A stretch of 64,000 bases of DNA from Planctomycetota bacterium (GTDB lineage Bacteria > Planctomycetota > SZUA-567 > H5-PLA8), in NCBI GenBank assembly GCA_038227875.1, contig JBBRPR010000050.1:1-64000 (forward strand), read 5' to 3'. Below are positions 57,037 through 64,000 of this stretch, piece by piece. The position numbers and the translations under genes were made by a program. The stretch's first letter is position 1, and every line of letters starts with the position of its first letter. A model generated the notes under the pieces. That model ran no database searches. It had not been told where the DNA came from and was given only the letters and a program-made list of their open reading frames with translations.

Positions 57037-59868
57037 CTACAGTTTCTTTTCTTCCTCGTGGAAGAGGATGATGCGCGCGTTCAGCAGAATCAGGAGATTG
57101 CGGCGGACGCGTTCGCGATGATTGCTGGAGAAGAAGCGGCCGATGATCGGCAGATCGGAGAGCAGCGGGATGCCGGTCTTCGTATCGATCTTGCTGTCGT
57201 TGATCAGACCGGAGAAGAGCATCGTGCCGTTGTCGGGGATGGTCACGGTGGTGCTGATCGAGCGCAGTTCGAGATTGGGCAATTCCAGCGGCAGGTTGAT
57301 CGAGCCGGACGGGTTGTTGATGTCGCCGCCATTGGTGATGTAGATGATCTGCGGCGGCGTGATTTCGGTCGCGGTTCCGGGACGAATGTCCATCGTGATG
57401 TAGCGGCGGTCGTGCGAGACGGTCGGGCGCACTTCCAGGACGACGCCGGTCAGGAAGCTGCTGATCACCGGATCGTAGACCGCGCCAGCCACGTCGTAAT
57501 CGCGGATGTAAGAACGTTGCTGCGCGACCATGATGTGTGAGCGCTGATTGTTGAATTGCATCAGCTTGGGCGCGAGCAACTGGTCCTGCGTCTGATCCTT
57601 GCGCAGCGCCTGGAGAATCGCGTTCTGCTGGATGTTCTGGAGGAAGCGGAACTGGAACAGCGCGCCCTGCTGCGGAGCGTTGAGCAGCGACTGGCCGAGA
57701 TTCTGCGCGACGTTGGCCAGCGGATTGAAGCGCAACAAGCCCTGCGTCAAACCCTGGAAGAGCACAGGCGATCCCAAAGCCGAGGATTGCGTCTGGTAGC
57801 GCACGCCAGCCGGAGCGCCGGCGATCAGATTGTTCGTGGCCTGTTCGATGCCGAATGCATTGTTGTCCAGGCGCGGACGGAGGATCGGAACGTTGTTGGG
57901 CGCGACGTTGTTCGAGGCCGGCCCGAAGGTCTGGCGGTATGGCGGATTGGGGCTGAAGTTGGAGAACTGAAACGCCGGCGACGGGGCGATGTCGGAGAAA
58001 TTCGTGCCGCCCGGAAGGCCCGCTCCACCACCCAATGGGAACAGACCGAACTTGGACGGCTGCTGGAGCGGGTCGACTTTCACGTTCGGCAGCGCGTTTT
58101 CGCCGGGCGCCGCGTCCAGGCCCGTGAAGCTGACGCCGATGCGTTCGAGGAACGAATCGGTGGTGTCGATGAAGCGGCACTGCGTCAGCACCTGCAGCGT
58201 CTGCGTTTCGCGGATGCTGCGCAGCAACTGTCGGATCTTCTCGTGAATTTCCGGACGCTGCATCACGACCAGCTGGCCGTTGTTTTCGGCGATGGATGTG
58301 GCCGGATCAGCGAACTCCGCGGGCAAGAGGCGATCGTGAATCAGCGTGACCAGATCCGGCGCCTTGAGCTGCGCGACAACCGGCTGGCTGGCGAACGGAT
58401 CGACGATCGTACCCTGCGTGGTGCCCAGGTCGATACGCGGGCCGGGGAAGTCGGTGATCTGCGTCGTCAAGTCGCGAACGTCGTAGATTTCCAGTTCGAC
58501 GTTGGCGGTCAGATTGGCCTTCTTGGTGATGAAGACGGCCTGGTTGCGCAGATCGTAATCGAGGTCGGCGAGCTTCAGGATCCACTTCAGCGCCAGGTCG
58601 AGCTCCATTTCGGAAACGCGCAGCGTGATCGGCGTCTTGTTGGCGCCATCGGCCGCGATGCGCGGGTCGATGATGATGTTGACCTTGGTCAGCGAATTCA
58701 AAAAGTTGATCGCGTCTTCGAGCGTCTGGTCGACGAATTCAAACGTGACGCGGCGCTGAAGCTTGCGGCGAATGTCCTGCTTCCAGGCTTCTTCCGGCCG
58801 TGCGCGAGCTTCCTGGCCGGTGCGCTGCGCGATTTCGTGCCAGTTCTTCGGATAGATCAGGTAGTCGCGATGGGGGATGTTGAAACGCTCCGCGCGTTCG
58901 CGATTAAGATCAAAGTTTTCGCGGTATTCCTCGTCGAGAAACTTGCGATTGGTGGCGTGTTCCCTCCCGCGCGCGACACTGATGATTGAATGCGCTTCGG
59001 GGTTGGTCGGATCGACTTCGAGAATCTTGTTGGCCAGGCCGATCGCTTCGTCGTAGCGGGCGGTTTCGTAGAGCGCCGTGGCCTGATCGACCATCTTATT
59101 GACTTTCTGGTCGAAGAACTTCTTCTCGTTGGCGGTCTGTTCGGTGGCAAGCTTCGCGGATTCTTCCTTGTCCGCATCGCTGACGCGCAGTTCGGCGGCC
59201 TTGATCGATTTGCCAATTTCGGAGAGCAGCCGGTTGACTTCGTTCTGCTGTTCTTCGACGTTGACTTCGACGGGCATGTACTTCACCAGTTCGCGGGCCC
59301 GTTCGAGCGCCAGTTGCGCCTGCTGGTAGCGACGGACCTTGTCGGAGAGCGAAAGTTCCGGATCGGACGACGCCTGCGAAATGTAACGCTTGCCCCAATC
59401 GATGCGGTTATCGAGCTCAACGAGTTTTTCCTGCACGGCGACCTTGTGCTCGCCGTAGAGATCGGCGACGGCCGATTTAATGCGGTCGCGGCGCACGCCG
59501 AGAATGTCGTTCACGCGCTGCAGCAGGTTGCGGGTTTCGACGTTGGTGCGGTCCAGCTGCAGCGCTTCTTCCAGTTCCTTGCGCGCTTCTTCGTAGTTGA
59601 AGGCGCTGAAGAGCCGTTTGCCGGCTTCGATATGCGCGGAGACCTGAGCCGCGATCTCTTCACGCAGCTTCTTGTCGTTGACGGCTTGATCGTCGAGCAG
59701 CTTCTGCGCCAGCGCTTCGCCGGACGGTTTCTCTGTCGTAGCTGCGGGCGCCGGAGTGGGCGTGGGTACGGGTGCGTCCTCGGCACGAATTCCCAGCGCG
59801 CAGACGGCGAGCGCCAGAATCGCCATAACAAAACGCCATCGCCCAATCGCACTTCGCGCTTTTCGCAT
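57037..59868 (-). CDS. Large secretin (GspD/PilQ-like) with TPR/coiled-coil and STN N-domains
   Basis: TPR-like helices, VTFEF..TLEDAINFL, YDVRDL, APKLMQFNNQRS, GVVLEVRPTVSHDRRYI, TTVTIPDNGTML, GIPLLSDLPIIGRFF. Confidence 0.9.
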   Translation of the reverse strand: MRKARSAIGRWRFVMAILALAVCALGIRAEDAPVPTPTPAPAATTEKPSGEALAQKLLDDQAVNDKKLREEIAAQVSAHIEAGKRLFSAFNYEEARKELEEALQLDRTNVETRNLLQRVNDILGVRRDRIKSAVADLYGEHKVAVQEKLVELDNRIDWGKRYISQASSDPELSLSDKVRRYQQAQLALERARELVKYMPVEVNVEEQQNEVNRLLSEIGKSIKAAELRVSDADKEESAKLATEQTANEKKFFDQKVNKMVDQATALYETARYDEAIGLANKILEVDPTNPEAHSIISVARGREHATNRKFLDEEYRENFDLNRERAERFNIPHRDYLIYPKNWHEIAQRTGQEARARPEEAWKQDIRRKLQRRVTFEFVDQTLEDAINFLNSLTKVNIIIDPRIAADGANKTPITLRVSEMELDLALKWILKLADLDYDLRNQAVFITKKANLTANVELEIYDVRDLTTQITDFPGPRIDLGTTQGTIVDPFASQPVVAQLKAPDLVTLIHDRLLPAEFADPATSIAENNGQLVVMQRPEIHEKIRQLLRSIRETQTLQVLTQCRFIDTTDSFLERIGVSFTGLDAAPGENALPNVKVDPLQQPSKFGLFPLGGGAGLPGGTNFSDIAPSPAFQFSNFSPNPPYRQTFGPASNNVAPNNVPILRPRLDNNAFGIEQATNNLIAGAPAGVRYQTQSSALGSPVLFQGLTQGLLRFNPLANVAQNLGQSLLNAPQQGALFQFRFLQNIQQNAILQALRKDQTQDQLLAPKLMQFNNQRSHIMVAQQRSYIRDYDVAGAVYDPVISSFLTGVVLEVRPTVSHDRRYITMDIRPGTATEITPPQIIYITNGGDINNPSGSINLPLELPNLELRSISTTVTIPDNGTMLFSGLINDSKIDTKTGIPLLSDLPIIGRFFSSNHRERVRRNLLILLNARIILFHEEEKKL

Positions 59869-60108
59869 GCGTGATACCTAACGGGTTCATATTCAATCGT
59901 GGGAATCTCGTAGGAGTACGTGCAGTGCTGCACGTTCTTAGAAGAAATGGATGGATTGGCGGCGTGATACTGAAAGTTTGAGTGAATTCTATCGTGTGAC
60001 TAAATTCTATTCTCGTGTCACGAATTGTTTGCACTGCCGGCTTGCGCTGGCTGGCTGCCGCGCGGTAGACTCAACAGCACTGAATCATATGTATTCTGAG
60101 GAGGTATT

Positions 60109-60519
60109 TTGAAAACGTTCATCGTCCTGATCGGATTCCTGACGTTCACGCTGGCGGCTTACACTCCGCCGGCCGCGGCTTCTGACGTTCAAGATACGTG
60201 CGCGGGTTTCGCCGACCCGCTGCGCGGTGACTTCGAGAAAATCAACTCCCGCGCGATGATCGCGACGGGCAAGACGATCGAGAAGCTGACGTTCTGGGAC
60301 ATCGCCGAACAGGTCTGCGACCGCAAGCATCTGGTCGAAAATTACTGCTCGACCAATCATCTCGCCGTGGCCAATCTCAGCGCCGCCGACTGCGAACAGC
60401 TCGGGAAGAAATGCGTGCTGGCCGTCGTCGCGCTGGCCAACGCGCGCCACGAGCGCATCAGCAGGCTCGATCGTGAGGACGTAAACAAGGCCTGCGCCGA
60501 CGCCCTGGCCGGACGGTAG
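60109..60519 (+). CDS. Small secreted Cys-rich hypothetical protein
   Basis: GAGGAGG SD plus TTG start; signal peptide; six Cys. Confidence 0.7.
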   Translation: MKTFIVLIGFLTFTLAAYTPPAAASDVQDTCAGFADPLRGDFEKINSRAMIATGKTIEKLTFWDIAEQVCDRKHLVENYCSTNHLAVANLSAADCEQLGKKCVLAVVALANARHERISRLDREDVNKACADALAGR

Positions 60520-60520
60520 T

Positions 60521-61540
60521 TCAGTTCTGCTTGTGCGGGAAGGCGCGCTCGTAAGCCATGATGAGCCTGTCCCACTTCGCATTGGCCTCTTCGTCGATGG
60601 TCCGTCGTGCGGGGTCGGCGTCGAGCCATGCCAGCGCGCGGCGCACGCCTTCCGACCACGGCACCGTCGCCACGAATCCCGGAACGAAACGCTTGATCTT
60701 GGAATTGTCGAAGACCACGCTCACGGCTTTGTCGCCGATCAGACCGCCGGTGTTTTCGGGCAGATGCGCGGCGATCAGGTCGCTGGCGATGTGCTCCAGG
60801 CGCGGTTCAGCTCCGGCGGCGTGCGCGGCGATGGTGAAGAGCTGATCCCACGTCAGCGTTTCATCGGACGTGATGTGAAAGGCGTGGCCGAGCGCTTCTT
60901 CGCGGCCGAGCAGTCCGACGAAGCCTTTGGCGAAATCGCCGTTCCACGTGCAGGTCCACAGTGACGAGCCGTCGCCGGGGACGATCACTTTCTTTCCGCG
61001 GCGCATGCGGTCGATCACGGTGTACGGATGCGCCCAGCTGCCGACCGCGAAGGGAATCTGCGACGGACCGTACGTCAGCGACGGCCGTACGATCGTGACG
61101 GGAAATTTGTTTTCGCGGTATTCCTGGAGCACGCGCGATTCGCAGGCGATCTTGTCGCGCGAATACTGCCAGTACGGATTCACCAGCGGCGTGTCTTCGG
61201 TGATCTTGTAATGCGTCGACGGTTTCTGATACGCGCTGGCTGAACTGATAAAGATGTACTGCCGCGTGCGCCCGGCGAAGAGCTTGATGTCGCGTTCGAC
61301 ATCCGGCGTTCTAAAGGCGATCCAGTTGACGACTGCGTCGAAGGAATACTTCGCGAGCGTGTTGCTCAGTTCCGTGACGTCGCCGTTGATGTCGCCGGTG
61401 ATCGTCTGCGCGCCGCGCGGCACGGCGTACTTCGTGGATTTTCCGCGCGTCAGCAGAAATAGCTCCATGCCGCGCTCGATGGCTGCTTCCGCGCAGGCCG
61501 AGCTGATCAATCCTGTTCCGCCGATGAATAGGACTTTCAT
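60521..61540 (-). CDS. NAD-dependent epimerase/dehydratase (extended SDR)
   Basis: MKVLFIGGTGLIS, FISSASAY, YSRDK, VRPSLTY. Confidence 0.9.
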   Translation of the reverse strand: MKVLFIGGTGLISSACAEAAIERGMELFLLTRGKSTKYAVPRGAQTITGDINGDVTELSNTLAKYSFDAVVNWIAFRTPDVERDIKLFAGRTRQYIFISSASAYQKPSTHYKITEDTPLVNPYWQYSRDKIACESRVLQEYRENKFPVTIVRPSLTYGPSQIPFAVGSWAHPYTVIDRMRRGKKVIVPGDGSSLWTCTWNGDFAKGFVGLLGREEALGHAFHITSDETLTWDQLFTIAAHAAGAEPRLEHIASDLIAAHLPENTGGLIGDKAVSVVFDNSKIKRFVPGFVATVPWSEGVRRALAWLDADPARRTIDEEANAKWDRLIMAYERAFPHKQN

Positions 61541-61667
61541 GCGCTGAGGTCCTCCGTGAGCCGATGGCCCAAGGGGCCAGTGGACAGTCGTCAGGGGGTA
61601 AAAGGTGGCGAAATCAAGGTAACGGAGAGCGTACTGAACGCGAGCAAAATCAGCCCGTGAGCATCTA

Positions 61668-61703
61668 GGCAGACCTTTGTGCCCCGGGGCACAAAGGTCT
61701 GCC
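61668..61703. repeat. Perfect 36-bp palindrome, REP-like (copy 2)
   Basis: GGCAGACCTTTGTGCCCC|GGGGCACAAAGGTCTGCC. Confidence 0.85.
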
Positions 61704-61787
61704 CATTTTTTAATAGAGGGAGGGGAGGGCAGGGCTCGATTTTTTACAAATTGTTCAACAGTCCAATTTCTGTGGTGTAGTACTATC

Positions 61788-61805
61788 ACAGCACACGTGT
61801 GCCGT
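61788..61805. promoter_or_regulatory. Candidate LacI-family operator
   Basis: ACAGCACACGTGTGCCGT with perfect CG-centred core GCACACGTGTGC, ~30 nt upstream of the LacI gene. Confidence 0.55.
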
Positions 61806-61834
61806 AACACGATTGCTAGCCGGAGAGTCAGGCC

Positions 61835-62920
61835 ATGGCCGTCACCATTCGCGATATCGCCAAACGGCTAAACCTTTCACACAGCACTGTTTCTAGAATT
61901 ATAAACAACCGCGACAGCTCCTTTATTTCGACCGAAACACGCGCCCGCGTCCGCCAGACGGCCGAGGAGCTTGGTTATCGCCCCAATTACCACGCCCGCT
62001 CGCTGCAGACGGGCAAGGCCTGCGTGCTGGGTCTGGTGCTCGAAAAGCCAGAGCCGAATTCTGAAGACCGCTTCTGGCAGAGCATGCTCAACGGCATCAG
62101 TACCGGCGCCCGGTCGCGCGGCTACGACCTGCTGATCATCGGCCCGGCGCGCGAGCAATCGGAAATCGAACGCGGACTTGAATACGTCACCGAACACCGC
62201 GTCGATGCGTTGGTGATCCCCGGCTACCTGGGTTCGCTGGATCAGTTGAGTTCTCAGTCGAGCGACGCGCCGATCGTCCTGGCCGGAAACTCGGCGTCGA
62301 ACGCGCGCCATCCGGTGGTGGACCTGGACGCGGCGCCGGGAATCGAAGCGGCCGTCGATCATCTCGCGGAGCTCGGCCACCGCAGGCTGCTCTGGTTTGA
62401 TGTGGAACGAGAGGGCAACGGTTCCGTGGACTACCGGCGCGCCGCGTTTCGCAAGGCCATCACCCGTCGCGCGCTGAAAGGCGTTGAAGCGTCGATGAAT
62501 CTGGAATCGCGCCTGAATGAAGAGCGTACGGTGGAACTCTCGCGACGGCATTTTCCGGAAGCGCTGGCGCGGTTGCCGGATGCCACCGGCGTGATCTGCT
62601 ACAACGAGCCGACGGCCTTCGGCGTCTACGCGGCGGCGGCCGACCGGGGATTGCGGGTGCCGCGCGATCTGTCGGTGATCGGCTTCGACGATATCCACGC
62701 CGCCGTGGCCGCGCCGTCGATGACCGTCGTCAGCCACATGCTCTACGCCATCGGAATGAAGGCCGCCGAACTGGCGATTGCGCTCTCTGAAACTCCGGCG
62801 ACTTCGGTCAAGAAATCTAAGTCAGTAGCGACGGCACCGATTCGCGAATTGATTCCGGCTGAGTTAATTGTCCGGCAGAGCACCGCTGCGCCGCAGCGCA
62901 CTGCCGGGCCCATTGTTTGA
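61835..62920 (+). CDS. LacI-family transcriptional regulator
   Basis: TIRDIAKRLNLSHSTVSRIIN, LGYRPN..ARSL, LGHRR, VPRDLSVIGFDD. Confidence 0.95.
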   Translation: MAVTIRDIAKRLNLSHSTVSRIINNRDSSFISTETRARVRQTAEELGYRPNYHARSLQTGKACVLGLVLEKPEPNSEDRFWQSMLNGISTGARSRGYDLLIIGPAREQSEIERGLEYVTEHRVDALVIPGYLGSLDQLSSQSSDAPIVLAGNSASNARHPVVDLDAAPGIEAAVDHLAELGHRRLLWFDVEREGNGSVDYRRAAFRKAITRRALKGVEASMNLESRLNEERTVELSRRHFPEALARLPDATGVICYNEPTAFGVYAAAADRGLRVPRDLSVIGFDDIHAAVAAPSMTVVSHMLYAIGMKAAELAIALSETPATSVKKSKSVATAPIRELIPAELIVRQSTAAPQRTAGPIV

Positions 62921-62956
62921 AGCGTGAAGCACGTTTTAAGAAAAGGGGGCGTCACC

Positions 62957-64000
62957 ATGAACCATCGAATATTCCGCAGCAGCCTGGTTTTCGGCGTGAT
63001 CTCGCTGCTGCTGGCCTGCTGGGCCGGCGTGCACGGCGCTGAGTTGGTCTGGGTCGAAGGCGAGTCAGCGACAGTGAAGGAAGTAACGCGCCATCCATGG
63101 TGGTACGAGAAGGTCAAGCACGACGAGCTTTCCGGCGGCGAGATGATCGCGCACTGGAACGACAAGCAGGCCGGTGAAGTGGCGTACGACGTCACGATTC
63201 CGGTCGCAAAAGATTACCATTTCTGGGTGCGCGCCAATCACGTGCAGAGCACGCTTTCGTACAAGCTCGACAGCGGCGAATGGGTGGCAATCGACACGGC
63301 CAAGAATCCGCAGGACATCCGGAACATCGCCGAAGACGACAAGCCAGACTTGCGCTTCATTTCATGGATCGAAGTGGGCACGCTCAAGCTGACGCAGGGC
63401 GCGCACAACGTCCGCTTCAAGTTCAGCAGCGCCAACAACAATCATGGCATGCTCGACTGCTTTGTGTTCAGCGCCGATGCGTTTGTGCCCAACGGCAAAC
63501 TTAAACCGGGTGAGAAGGAGAAGATCACCGCCGTCTCCGTGGAAGGCCGCTGGCCCTTCACGCCGGCGAAGGATGAATTCTCCGCCGATGCGGCGCTGGA
63601 CCTGCGCTACCTGAACGAAAAAATCGCCGGCGAGAGCGGATTCGTCACGCGCGGTCCGGACGGCATGAGCTTTGTGCTGGGCAACGGCAAGCCGGTGCGT
63701 TTCTGGGCGCTGGATGACGATGCGACGCGCGGCCATCCCTCGCACGGTACTCCCGACATGGCGCGCAACGCGCGGTTCATCGCCAAGCGCGGCGCCAATC
63801 TCACGCGCTGCTTTGCCGACATCACTTCCGACAAGGGACTCAACCTGATCGACACCGGCGAGCGCGACCGCCTGTGGAAGCACGTCGCCGCGATGAAGAA
63901 GGTAGGTATCTACACGCTCTTCACGCCGATCTGGATTGGGCAATGCAAATTGAAACCTTCGATGGGCTATGTCGACGACGGCGGCAACCACAACTGGGGT
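62957..64000 (+). CDS. Secreted carbohydrate-active protein (CBM-like N-domain plus probable GH5-like domain); runs off the window end
   Basis: Not in the ORF track (no stop). My translation: MNHRIFRSSLVFGVISLLLACWAGVHGAELVWVEGE...DLRYLNEKIAGESGFV..FVLGNGKPVRFW. Confidence 0.7.
   Translation, partial: MNHRIFRSSLVFGVISLLLACWAGVHGAELVWVEGESATVKEVTRHPWWYEKVKHDELSGGEMIAHWNDKQAGEVAYDVTIPVAKDYHFWVRANHVQSTLSYKLDSGEWVAIDTAKNPQDIRNIAEDDKPDLRFISWIEVGTLKLTQGAHNVRFKFSSANNNHGMLDCFVFSADAFVPNGKLKPGEKEKITAVSVEGRWPFTPAKDEFSADAALDLRYLNEKIAGESGFVTRGPDGMSFVLGNGKPVRFWALDDDATRGHPSHGTPDMARNARFIAKRGANLTRCFADITSDKGLNLIDTGERDRLWKHVAAMKKVGIYTLFTPIWIGQCKLKPSMGYVDDGGNHNWG

Overview
GC-rich bacterial chromosomal window. 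Gene content (large STN/secretin, YHS-domain protein, 'RR..FSLRTLLL'-type N-termini, anaerobic sulfatase maturase plus sulfatase) suggests Planctomycetota/PVC; this is inference only. About 55 protein-coding genes are supportable. They include housekeeping singletons (hisF, rpmA, cbpA-like, fcl, rfbA, methylmalonyl-CoA mutase, acyl-CoA dehydrogenase), a pilT-like ATPase, a compact T2SS/T4P-like cluster (E-F-F plus three minor pilins), a distant secretin, a MoxR/DUF2201-vWA pair, two tandem TMTC-like glycosyltransferases and carbohydrate-related regulators/enzymes. I found no rRNA, tRNA, CRISPR array, transposase, integrase or reverse transcriptase. The most striking unexplained structure is non-coding. 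At least seven intergenic elements are built from inverted arrays of 7-bp tandem repeats (six different heptamer units, always G/T-rich arm first) enclosing fillers from ~20 bp to ~490 bp. One encloses a whole low-GC membrane-protein gene, and some supply stop codons or termini to host genes. Also notable: (i) two WD40-like paralogs with conserved N-terminal anchors, a shared C-terminal LPEFW-TM-basic tail and divergent low-GC cores; (ii) pilT bracketed by a perfect 16-bp inverted repeat; (iii) several apparent pseudo-enzymes (DUF2201/vWA partner of an intact MoxR; non-cleavable XRE-S24 repressor).
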